From positions 5,285,779 through 5,349,778 of the forward strand of contig MU058198.1 of the NCBI GenBank assembly GCA_013265495.1: DNA of 64,000 nucleotides. The letters run 5' to 3'. The position numbers and the translations under genes were made by a program. Under the pieces are notes generated by a model. It was not told where the DNA came from. It worked only from the letters and a program-made list of their open reading frames with translations, and made no database searches. Shown one piece after another: positions 47,765 to 59,061 of this stretch (position 1 is the first letter of the stretch; each line of letters starts with the position of its first letter). The DNA comes from Vicugna vicugna (taxonomy: Eukaryota).

Positions 47765-48960
47765 AAAAGGACTTGTATCTAAAATATATGAGGAATTCTG
47801 ACAACACAATAATAAGAAGACATGTATCTCAACTCTTTAAAAAAGAAGATGATACAATGGAATACTACTCAGCCATAAAAACCGACAACATAACGCCATT
47901 TGCAGCAACATGGATGCTCCTAGAGAATGTCATTCTAAGTGAAGTAAGCCAGAAAGTGAAAGAAAAATACCATATGAGATAGCTCATATGTGGAATCTAA
48001 AGACTCATGGACAGAGAATACAGACTTGTGGTTACCAGGGGGGTAGAGGGTGGGAAGGGATAGACTGGGATTTCAAAATTGTAGAATAGATAAACAAGAT
48101 TACACTGTATAGCACAGGGAAATATACACAAAATGTTATGATAAATCACAGAGAAAAAAATGTGACAATGAGTGTGTATATGTCCATGAATGACTGAAAA
48201 ATTGTGCTGAACACTGGAATTTGACACAACATTGTAAAATGATTATAAATCAATAAAAAATGTTAAAAAAAAGAAGATGAAAAGGAGGTGGCAACAGATT
48301 TGAGCATTTTACCATAAAAAAGGATATACAGATGGAAAATAAGCATATGAAAAGATAAACATCATTAGCCATTGAGGAATTTCAAATTAAAACCATAATG
48401 AGACAATATTGCATACCAACTAGAATGCTTAAAATTAAAGAGTCATCATGCCCAACACCAGTAAAGGTAGGAAGCAGCTAGACCTCTCATACACTACTTG
48501 TGGGAATGAAAAATTGCACAACCCCTTTGAAGAACAATACGGTGGTTTCTTAAAAAGTATAATGTACCTATATGCCTTATGGCCCAGCTATTCCACTCCT
48601 GGGCATTTACTCAAGAAAAACAGAAGCAAATGTCCACACAACTCCTTGTAAATGAAAGTTTACAGAAATATCATTTATGCCAGCCAACGACTGGAAATAA
48701 CTCAAATGTCCATCAATAGGTTAATGAATAACCAAACTGTGGTCCACAGTGGTGTACTGTTCAGTAATAACAAGTTAACTCCTGAAAACAGATGACTCTC
48801 AGAATCATTCCCTGCTGAGTGCAAAAGCCAGACGAAAAGAACACAGACTGTATGATTCCGTTTATTTAGAATGCTACAGAACGCAAGCCAAGCTGTTGGG
48901 ACAGGAAGCAGACCCGAGGAGATGGTTGCCCGAGAAGATATTAGGAGAAGGGACTGATGA
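47765..48960 (+). mobile_element. Older L1 (L1MB/MC-like) ORF2 end and 3' UTR, split by a young L1
   Basis: aaggacttgtatctaaaatatatgagg...; atacagatggaaaataagcatatgaaaaga; cccagctattccactcctgggcattta. Confidence 0.75.
47853..48266 (+). mobile_element. Young 5'-truncated L1 with TSD
   Basis: 14-bp TSD aaaaaagaagatga at 47839-47852 and 48267-48280; TT/AAAA site; ORF2p end EYYSAIK...FAATWMLLENVILSEVSQ. Confidence 0.95.
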
Positions 48961-48974
48961 CGGATGTGGTGCAG

Positions 48975-49765
48975 TTACAACCCTCACCCTTTGCAAACAC
49001 TTTGGAAAAAGGTTTGGAGGTTTCTTATAAAGTTAAACATACATTTCTTCTATGACCTTGCAATTTACAAGAGAAATCAAATTATATGTTCACAAAAACC
49101 CTTTTTCATCAAATTTTGTTTTTGTTTTTACTATTTTTTTTAATTTTATTTGTTTACTCACTCGTTCATGCTTTGGTGGGGGGAGGTAATTAGGTTTCCT
49201 TATTTATTTACTATTGGAGGAGGTACTGGGGATTGAACCCAGGACCTCATGCATGCTAAGCATGTGCTCTACCCCTTGAGCTACACCCTCCCCACTTTGT
49301 TCATCAAATTTTATAGCAGCATTTCTCATAATACCTCCAAACTGGAAACAACCAAGTGTCCAGGTAAATGCATTAAAAAAACGTGATATATTTGTACGTT
49401 AGACATTATTTTCACCAATGTAAAAGAACAAATCACCAATACAGAGGCTAATAAGAATGAAAATCCAAAATGTTATGCTGACTAAATGATGTCGGATTAG
49501 AAAATACATGATTCCATTCATTTGAAGTCTAGGCAAAATTAATCTGTAGTGAAGAAAATCAAATAGTGACTGCCTGGGATGTGAACTCAAAGAGTTACTG
49601 CAAAGGCTCAGAAGCAAACTATCTGAGAGAGAGAAAAATTCGGTATCTTTATTGGGATGATGGTAACGTAGGTCTGCATATTTGCTAAACTCATAGAACT
49701 GTACACTTACAATATGTACATTTCATTGTGTGTTAATTATACCTCAATGATGTTGATTTTTAAAT
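48975..49765 (+). mobile_element. L1MC/ME-like 3' end split by a SINE
   Basis: actttggaaaaaggtttggaggtttcttataaagttaaacatac...aaactggaaacaaccaagtgtcc...aaactcatagaactgtacactta. Confidence 0.8.
49118..49293 (-). mobile_element. tRNA-Ala(AGC)-derived SINE (camelid vic-1-like) with TSD
   Basis: Reverse complement ggggagggtgtagctcaaggggtagagcacatgcttagcatgcatgaggtcctgggttcaatccccagtacctcc; TSD ttcatcaaatttt at 49105-49117 and 49300-49312. Confidence 0.93.
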
Positions 49766-50839
49766 GCAGAAAGTGTGGGGGATTTGGAAAGAAAAGTGAA
49801 AGAGAACAAATCCCTGAGGCCTTCGAATCTGTGTTTCCCAAGCTACTTTATAAGAAACAGCAGGTGGTTCTTGCCAAATTGAATTTATTTTTAGGCAAAG
49901 AGTTCATTGAGTATGCCCTTGGGGGTTATTTTCCAGTGTGGAATATTTCCTTTTCCATTTTCTTCACAGCAAAGAAAACAAAATAGTTGGAAAAGAGCTT
50001 CGCTGCATAAAACTGTAGAGTGCTTTGTCCTTCCTGGGATGCATTTGGAAACAAAATTTTAATATTGTTTTCTCTAACTGTGATGATCAGCACGCAATCG
50101 CAGACAGCCCCTGTGATTATGGACACAAGAGGAGGAGTCATGGGCTGGATATTGGAAGACGTGAGCTGTGTTCTCTGCACTGCCCCTGAGTACTTCTGGG
50201 ACCCCAGGCAGACCATCTGCTTGCTTTGGGCCTTCATCTCCTATCTGGAAAAAGAGGATCAATGGATCTCTATTGGACTAGAAAGCTATTGTTAAGACTT
50301 AAACGAGAACTTGTCTGTGAATGCAATTTTTAATTAAAGCACAGGAAAATAATATCTAACTATGAATTCTATTAGATGTTTGATTTTAGAGAAACAAGGG
50401 ATGTATTTTGGCCAAAATTACACAGCCTAGGGGAAGAAGAGAACCCACATCTCGAGGTGGCTGGCTAGCTTAAGTCACTTGAAATTGTAATGTCGAATGA
50501 GCAAAGCAAGGTCTGTAGAACCAGAAGATCTTAGTTTGTACGCTTCAAAATTTCAAGTACCATAACGATGAATCTTGGCCAAGGAACTTAATCCCTTTTG
50601 GCCTGTGTGTCACTAGCTGTAGAGTTTTAATGATTATATAGAGGACTTATAAAAATTAATTGAAATAACTTTTGTGACAACATAATATAGTGCCTGGTAG
50701 TTAATTTGTTAAACTGCATTTAGGCTACATATAAAAAAATGAAGTTGGAGAATTTCCTCTAAAGTGTAATTATCAGCACTTCAGAATCAGTCTATGTAAT
50801 CATGGAAGACAGAGTAAAGCCACAGACAGGGCTCTGAAA

Positions 50840-51100
50840 ATAATGATGATGATGATGATGGTCATAGTTATTATTGTAAACATTTATTGAGAATATGCTA
50901 TGTGCCTGACACTGTAGTAATTGCTTTACCTGTATATCTCACTCCATCTCACTATGCCATGAGGTTGGCATGATGCATGATAATTTATCCTTACCCCTCC
51001 AATGAAAGCCAAGGCTCAGATTCGCACAGGTAGTAAGTGCTGAGCTGGGACTGGGTGTTTCGTGCTAGGCACCAGTCTAAATGTACTTTTCAACCATGCC
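50840..51100 (-). mobile_element. MIR SINE with (GAT)n at its tail
   Basis: aacatttattgagaatatgctatgtgcctgacactg...gaaagccaaggctcaga...gtaagtgctgagctggga. Confidence 0.8.
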
Positions 51101-51249
51101 GTTGAAAAGATCCCACCATTGCTGCAATTTTTCACTATATGCAGCTCAGCAGCAATAAAATCATGCTGTTAGAGATCCCAGAATACTGAAGCCTTGCTCT
51201 CTGTCTCTCAGGGAGAAGTTCTTCTTCAGGTCTTGGGGCTGTTGTTACA

Positions 51250-51390
51250 GCAAAACATTTGTGCATCTCCAACAGCACCTGCAGCCAGCTGCTCATTTGG
51301 TGATCCACAATTTGTAGGTTCCAGAGCAGGTGGTTTTCAGCCGCCGTTTATCAGCAAACGTATCCATTGTACAGATGCACCTGCCGTTTC
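51250..51390. promoter_or_regulatory. Candidate bHLH enhancer (E-box cluster)
   Basis: Seven CANNTG sites in 128 bp. Confidence 0.4.
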
Positions 51391-51667
51391 CAAGGACTCC
51401 TATGCTGAATCCTTTTAAAGCTGAGAGAACATCTTGCCAAGCGGAAAATTCTCCTGCTCTCATTGAAAGGGCTGACTGATTCACATTTTCCTAAATGGGA
51501 TTTCACGTGTGGGGAAGAAAGGAGGCTTTGGCATTGTTAGAGCATCCGAATAGAAAACTGGATATGAAGAAACAAGTGAAAGTCATATTGAGCCCTGATT
51601 CTCTGTCTAGCCCTCTGTTAGATGGTTTCATCCGGAGTCCTCAGATGGTCCCAAACTCAACCACCTT

Positions 51668-52035
51668 GTGGTGTATATCGGTCATGCTGTAAGTAACCAA
51701 TTGACCTGAAACTTCAGTGCCTTCCCTCAATAACAGCTGATGTGTCACTCATGCTAAGCGTCCAAGTTGGGGAGTTCTGCTCCACACAGTCACTCAGGGA
51801 CCCAGGCTGATGGAGGCTCATCATGTAGCCTCCACAACCGCTTCATCAGGGGGAGCAAGAGCTGAAGAGAAGTACATCAGCTCTTAAACGTCTCACCAGG
51901 AAGTGGCGTTATCACTTTCACTCACAGTCCATTGGCCAGAATTAGTTAGATGGCCCTGCCTGACTCCAAGAAGGCTGAGAAGTGGGTGGGGGGTGGGACG
52001 CCATTGATGTTTGGCAGTATATGTTTCTGACACTA
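51668..52035 (-). mobile_element. MLT1 (I/J/K-like) LTR
   Basis: gtcactcagggacccaggctgatggaggc...ggaagtggcgttatcactttcactcacagtccattggccagaattagt. Confidence 0.85.
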
Positions 52036-52044
52036 ACTGATGTT

Positions 52045-52195
52045 ATCTCCCCCTCCCCCATTTTTGCAGGGGAAGAAACTATAGGTTGGAGAAGTTATTT
52101 GACTTATCCAAGGTCACATAGTTCTTCAGCAGCAAAATGAGGTGTCAAAAATATGTCTTCTGAGCTCCAAAGAGTATAATTTCCTTACATCACCT
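52045..52195 (-). mobile_element. MIR fragment
   Basis: cccatttttgcaggggaagaaact...tgacttatccaaggtcacatag. Confidence 0.8.
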
Positions 52196-52549
52196 CTTTG
52201 GAGTGCCAGATCAAGAATTCTGGATGTCATTTAGGTATTAATCAGTGTGGGATAGGTTGTGTATCCATCAGGATTTAGCCAGAGAAGTAGAACCATTTAA
52301 TTTCCTAGGTGAATGTATGGTGATGTCCAGTTGAATGGACTCCACACATTGAAGACCTCTGAACAAGCGTGTCACTAAAAATAGCTGAAATTATACTTGT
52401 AAGTAAGGTATTGTGGAGTCAGTGCAAATTCAATTTGTGTGAATGAAGCAGAAACATGTCCTTACTGAATACCTTCTGCTCCTGTATTAGGCTTGGACAC
52501 CAAATTTTTAATCAGATTGTTCATTTCCTTATTGTTGGGTTCTAACAAG

Positions 52550-52567
52550 TTTTTTTTTTTTTTTTGT

Positions 52568-52599
<32 letters not shown>
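52550..52599. repeat. Poly(T) tract T16-GTG-T31
   Basis: Direct read. Confidence 0.95.
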
Positions 52600-52602
<3 letters not shown>

Positions 52603-52609
52603 TTTCAAG

Positions 52610-52740
52610 AGTTCTACTGGCATCTAGTGAGCAGAGACCAGGGATGCTGCTAAACATCCAAAGGTGAGCAAGATAGTCCCCTGCACCAAAGAATGACCTA
52701 GCACAAAACATCAATAGTGCTGGTGCTGAGAAACCCTGGG
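52610..52740 (+). mobile_element. MER20 hAT-Charlie 3' half
   Basis: ctactggcatctagtgagcagagaccagggatgctgctaaacatcc...aatagtgctggtgctgagaaaccctg. Confidence 0.9.
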
Positions 52741-53504
52741 TTGGGGAATATTTGTGTGGTTTCTAATGAGACTAGGAGTCCAGGAGACCACCTTGTGCAT
52801 GAACATTCAAAGTTCTACATAAAACTGAGAAGACTCATCTGCAGGCTGTCATTAGATCACAGAGCCATGAAGCCACTGAAGGCACTGACTCATCCTTAGG
52901 CAGACTGAGAAAGAGCTGCTATCCAAGAGTCACCACTAGACCTCAGAAATTGAGTGAAATGTATAGAGAAGGAGCAGCAGCTATTATCACTTGCTGAGGA
53001 TGAGGCATTGCCAAGTCCAGCCAGGTCTGAATGAACCATGGGGCTGAACCTGCAGAAACTTAATAATGCATTCAACCAACAATATTCCAATCCATTTTGG
53101 TCTTCTCTCTTCTTTAGATTCAGAAGGCTGGGGAGCCTGGGAGATGATAAGGTAGATGTTGGGAGGTGGTGAAAGAGAATTATTTCATGTGTTGATCCTT
53201 ATTCTCCAATCCTGAATAGGAAGAAGGGTGAGGATAAGGAAAGTTGGGGGTGGGGTACCCAGCTTCAGGGAGAAGATCTTAAGCCCATGACCCATGGCCC
53301 CTTCTCTTTCGCCGAACCCTTCTCTGCATGCAGACACTGGCTTTGCCTGGGGAGAGTCACACAATAAAAGAGTTTCAGAGAAGAGAGAATCTAGACGTCA
53401 TCTCACCTAGTGTTTTCCAAAATCTGAGACAAACTACTGGTGGCACAGCGATGATTTGCAGATGCAGCATAAAATGCCATTTTGAGAAAAGTATCTGATG
53501 GCAA

Positions 53505-53880
53505 TTGTCAAGGATTTTGTCCTTCCTTTTCCCTCTCCCTGGAATGCTCTTCCTCCAGATCTTTATATGTTCTGCCTTCTCTCATCTTTCAGGTTGTAGC
53601 TCAAAAGCTTCAGACTGACCCTCCCTGAGCCCCCAAGCTGAAGTAGTACACCACTCACACACCCGTACACACCCTTTTTAATTTCATTGCCCTGGCTCAT
53701 TTTCTCTGTAGCACTTCTCATTACCTGAAATCTTATTTAGTTTGTTATTTTCATTGGCCATCATCTCCTCCCCTGCCCTGTGAGAATCAGGCACCATGGA
53801 GATAGGTACCACCTTTGTTTACCAGGACCCATAATCACATGTGCAACATAGTAGGGGCTCAAGATAAATTTGCTGAAATT
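53505..53880 (+). mobile_element. LINE-2 3' end
   Basis: ccctggaatgctcttcctccagatc...tagcacttctcattacctgaaa...catagtaggggctcaagataaatttgctgaa. Confidence 0.85.
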
Positions 53881-55666
53881 AATTACCCTTCAATCTTCCG
53901 CTTAAGTCAGAGGGCATCTCAGATCGGTGCATGCCTTGCAGCTAAATAGCAAGTTCTTTCTCAAAGAGAGATGCAGCTTACACGTCCGTGGCTGCCACGC
54001 TCAGTCTCCACAACCACAAAAGTGGGAGTGATAGGCGGAGAAAGTGAAAGGGGAAAGTAAGGAAAGGCGGGTGTAGGAGGTGAGGAGGAGGAGCAGAAGT
54101 CAGGGCAGTGGGGAGCTTCAGACTTTGAGGAACCACCCACAGCCTGCCCCAGGTACGAGACATTTCCAGCTGCATCAAGAGTCCTTGAGTCAGGGAGGGT
54201 GCTGGCAAGACAGGCTAGCCCGCTGTCTTGCAAATCTGCCTCACTCTGGGGACATAGGTGTGTGGAACGTTTGCTAACTGACACTCAGTGTCTGGTTGGC
54301 TCCCGTCTGGATCCAGAGACCTGCAATTTCCACCGACTGTGAGGAAGGCTTCCAGAGCCAAGAGGGGATTTTCCAGCAGAGATGGAAGGCAGATGAAAAA
54401 CAAAGTCCCTTCCCTTTGGAAAACAGCCTTCACCAGTATTCAGATCTAGTCACTGACTCAGAAGACAGGACTGGACATGCAAGTAGCCTGGAGCCTACGA
54501 CACTGTTTTCCATCAGTTGCAGTGGAAGCTCCCAAGTGCCCTTGTGGAGTGAAGTAAGGGGTTAAGCATAGTCATAATGAAGACCAACTGGGTGCCGTGT
54601 TGTTTACTCATTTATGTACACATGCACAAGAATAGGTGTACATTAATACATGTAAAAATACACCTTTTTAAAATTGAGAGTATTTGCATTCTATTTCATT
54701 CCAAAAAGGATTTGAAGCATCTTATGCAAAAGATACATATAACAAGAATAATAAAATGGGAATAAAATGAGGAAGTCATTCCGAGCATCAGGGACGTCTA
54801 TGCCAACCAGGTGTCTATTCTAACCTAGGCTAGCAGCTTAGTAATTACACATGCTATTCAAAGGAAGCAGTGGGGAGGTCAACACTGGCATCCGACAAAC
54901 CTGATTTGTCATTTCCAAGCTCGCCAACTCATCCTTATGTAAATGACTCCATGTTTTTTAGCATCCTTATCTTTAAACTAGAAATGATTTTGCTCACCTC
55001 GTGGCTCTGAGAATGAAAGGAGCTAATGTAACGGACCGAACAGGCATTCAATAGTTGTAAATTTTATTTATCCAGTTTTCCTTCTGTTTAAAACCCTTTA
55101 CTATTTTAAAGCATAATAAAGCATCTGTTAAGTACTGTGTGTAGGTTTCTTGACAAAGTTCCTGCTTGTAAGGAAGGCGGTGGATCTTCTCAATGAGTCT
55201 GCGTTGTATGTATTCTGTGTGTCCTCTTGGAAGGACCAACGGTAACTGATCACTTCCTGTGGGCCAGGCATCCTGAGAACTTCACCATGTGTCTTCCCAG
55301 CAGCACTGAGAGACATACGTTCTGGTGCCATCACACAGGAAGAAGAGAAAATCAAGACTCAAATTGGGGGAAAAGTCTGGCTGAGGTTCCCCCAGCTAGT
55401 ATGTTGCAGGACAGGGATTTTAACTTACTGCTTCTAAAATCTCATCCTTCTTCCCCTCCCTTGTCTTCTGCAAGTCAGTCTAAGCCAAATTATCGGCAGA
55501 TTATGTCTACAGGGGTGTTTGTTAAATTTGTATTCTGAGTTGAGCCCAACCCTTGAGTGACTGAGTCCCCAGGAAATAATTTTGGAAGATGGGACAGCCT
55601 CAGCTCTCACTCCAGACCTTCCCAGGGAAGATCTACAGCTCCTTCCACAGCTGCAAAGTACTCACT

Positions 55667-55689
55667 GGGGGTAGGGGTGGGGTGAGGGG
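55667..55689 (+). other. Predicted four-tetrad G-quadruplex
   Basis: GGGGG-TA-GGGG-T-GGGG-TGA-GGGG. Confidence 0.65.
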
Positions 55690-56819
55690 ATCTTGCATGG
55701 TTCTTCTCCATTAAACCATGCAGTGAGCCTGCTCCTCTGACATTCCCTGATGGTTATTTCACAATGGAGTCCAGGCTTCCAAAGGAGATACATCCTCAGT
55801 AAAGTGTATCATAACCCTCACCCCCCAGCCACTCCCACACCCCATTATCTTAGTTCAGCCTTAAGGCAGAGCTGACCTGGTGGTTTTGTTGCGATATCGC
55901 TTGGGAAGCAAGATGTCTACAGTCTGTGGAGCAGCTAAGCTTAGCTGAGAGCCACTGATAGGTCTGTCCTGTTTCATACTCATTCCAAATACATATGTTC
56001 ATGGAGAAAAAAATCTCAGGTGGATTCATGTGTACTCTCTACTTTCTCTCTCTGTGTTTTCCTGTCTCTATAAGTGTGTCTCTTTATCTCTCTCCAAAAT
56101 GTATAGTTGAATTGCTATACATTGTGCGCATTTCGTGCTGGGCAGAGCAGATGCCTGGCAATGCACCCACCCCACCTTTGGAGATTTGACCATCTCATTT
56201 TGGGCTTCTTTCCATCCACCCATCCCCGTAAGTCTTCTCTGAGAGCTTCCTGCTGAATCCCCTGCTGCTCTCATGCTAAAGACTCTATCAGTTGGTGATG
56301 GGGCTCAATCATATCTCCAGCTTCACCTTCTTTTAGACTCTGATGACTCTCAGATCGGTGCTTTATCCCAGGATTCTAAGCTGGGTTCAGGACCCGTATA
56401 TCTTGCTCCCTCACACAGCACCAAGTTTAAACTCAGAGGCTTAACCCAGCTCTTAGCATCCTTTCCGCAGCCCATCAGCCCAAATGATGCCTTCTCCTTC
56501 CTTCCCAGGCATTCAGGCCAAAAGATCGGGAACCACACAGACTTCTTTCTTCCATTCTTCCTGTGCACCCAGTCCAAGCTCCAAGTTCTACAGATTTTGC
56601 CATCTAAAAATCCTTAGTATCCATCTGTCTCCAGGCCTGGTTTCCCCAAAGTTGTGATATAACAGCTTAAGAGCTGATGCAAGAGCTATTTTTATATGAT
56701 GCAGGATTTTTGTTTCCTTGACGTAAAAATCTGATGAATGGAGATCGTGAAGATGGAACGTGGGGGAAACAAAACCACCCTTGTTGTCATCCCAGCTCTT
56801 CCTCATGATAATTGTGTGC

Positions 56820-57180
56820 TGTTCGCCTCCTTACTCAGACTCTTTGGGTCTCAGTGTCCTCCACACGATAGTGACAATATTACCTAACACCTTGACAGCA
56901 CTTACTCTGTGCTAGAAACGTTCTGAGTGCCAGATGGGGACTAACTCTGTAACCCTCACAACAAGTGTCTGAGATAGGCACTGACAGATGTGTAAACTGA
57001 GGTTACGTAAGTGCCCAGGTGCTTTCAGCTCGTGTGGTGGAGCTGGGTTCTGACCCTGATGCTTCGGAAGCCTTGCTCTTAACCACATTTTCCTCGAGGG
57101 CTGTTAGAAGGAACAAGTTCACGCATGTAAAGTGCTTAGCACAATGTCTGATACACAGTGAGTGCCCGATAATTAGTTAA
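56820..57180. mobile_element. Plus-strand MIR with a minus-strand MIR (about 56880-57088) nested inside
   Basis: ctcagtgtcctc... then antisense taaccctcacaacaag...aaactgagg...ctcttaaccac, then sense cctcgagggctgttagaagg...atgtaaagtgcttagcacaatgtctgatacacagtgagtgc. Confidence 0.7.
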
Positions 57181-58097
57181 CGTACACCAGGAGGTGGCTT
57201 TACAGTCTCACAAGGAACACAGGGCTTGGGTGGACCTTTAGGGAGCAAAGTAGTGTTGCCTGTTGATTTTATTCCTTGGGAACATGCGGCTGATTAATGG
57301 CCACACGTCTCAGACCAATCTTGGAGATTTGATCACTGCACCTGCTCTGCTGTCTCTTACTATGGCCAAGCCCTCTCTTTCTTGGGTAATTAAATGCACC
57401 TTATGGATTCAGCTGCCCTGCACTCTTTCCTCCCCCATCCCCACCCTCCATCAATTGCATCCCATGCTCCTTGAGGACACAACCAGTATAATATCAGATA
57501 TGAGCGTGCAGGAGTATTTTGGCGGCTCATTGCTTCATATTTGTATCCATCCATTCACTCATGCACTCATTCAACAAATTCTGATCGAGGGCTAATTCCA
57601 GGACTAGGGATGGTCCCTCTGTCCCTCCCACAATCCCCAGCGGTCCCCTTGACCTCTGTTCTTAGCTCTCCTCTCAAATGTTATTGAAACTTCGCAACTG
57701 TCACTTCTCTGAGATCTGGAAGACACATAAAACTCTTTTACTCACGAAGTGTATCCCAGTGGCACGATACTATCATTCTTTTTAAAGATCCTTCTGCTCC
57801 TGGTTTGAATTTATCTTTAAATTCTTAGGTCCTTCCCTTCCCATTTTCTTTCACTCTCCCGGTCCAGCAGGGCAATTCCCTGGGGCCAGGGCTGCTTCCT
57901 TCCCACCACCCCCCACCCCGACTCCCCCTTTGGTTAATTCACAGCGGAGATTTGCGATGCACTTTATGAAGGACACAGGATAATAACAAAATCGCTGATA
58001 ATGCTAAAGATAGCTTTTAATGAAGCTTGTTTCTGGGTATTATTGCAAGCATTTTCGCTGGTGAGACAGACCTTTTCAAGCTCCAAGAGTTTCACAT

Positions 58098-59061
58098 TTG
58101 GAGACTTTTTACAGCATCGAGAGGGTTGTTTAGTATCAGCTTAAAAAAAAATATTTCCTTTGACAAGAGCGAGATCTAACTTGTTAAACAGACTGCTTTT
58201 TTTGTTTTTTGGTTTTATTGTTATTTAAAAAAAAAACTGTACATTTTCCAGGATGCAAAAATAGCTGAGGTGCATTTCATTTCATTTTCTTTTCTTTTCT
58301 TTTTTTTTTTTCTCCCTTGGCTGTTAACAACCAGTGCAGTTGAGTGCTGAAATGAACGCTGTTTTCTTATTAAAATGCACTGGGTCTCCGAGGCAGGCAC
58401 TGGAGATTTGCTGGTGCACTGTCTCGTTTACAGGGGACTCTGGTTGGTTGAGTTCAGCTTGTTCAGCCTTCTGATCTTTACAGAGACAACGCAAGAGTCA
58501 CCCTCTGCTCAGGTGTCCTGAGTGCCTGTTGGGTGTCAGCTGCTCTGACGTAGCGACTCAGTGAAGCGGGAACATGGTCACACCTCTTTTGTAGATGAAC
58601 ACACGGAAGCTCGCTCATTCTTTAATTTATTTATTCAGCAAACATTTGTTGAGGACCTACTATGTGCCAGGCATCATTCTGGGCTCTGGTCATACAGCAG
58701 TAAACAAGACAAAAATCCCTGCCCAAGAGGAGCTTAAGTTTTAATGGAGTGAGGCAGAAAATAAATGAGAAATACATATTACCTCTGAGAGTGATGGGTG
58801 CTATAAAAATGAAGCAGAAATTTACGCCGGAAGACATAGGGGTTGCAGTCTTGGGGAGGATGGTCGAGGAAAGCCTCGTTGATATGATAGCATTTGAATA
58901 AAGATTTGGGGGAAGTGAGAGCATTGGCGATATCTTGTGGGTGGGATGCTGGAGTTGGACCAGCAAGAACTGATGCTGAGTGGTCGGGGCTTGGTATTGT
59001 AAGTCAGTTTGTCTCCATCCTGGCTTTGCATCAGGGTCCCTTGGAGACTTTTTACAGCATC
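58098..59061. repeat. Exact 21-bp direct repeat TTGGAGACTTTTTACAGCATC (58098-58118 and 59041-59061)
   Basis: Direct base-by-base comparison. Confidence 0.95.
58612..58960 (-). mobile_element. LINE-2 (L2a-like) 3' end
   Basis: ttattcagcaaacatttgttgaggacctactatgtgccaggcatcattctggg...gcagtaaacaagacaaaaatccctgccc. Confidence 0.9.
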
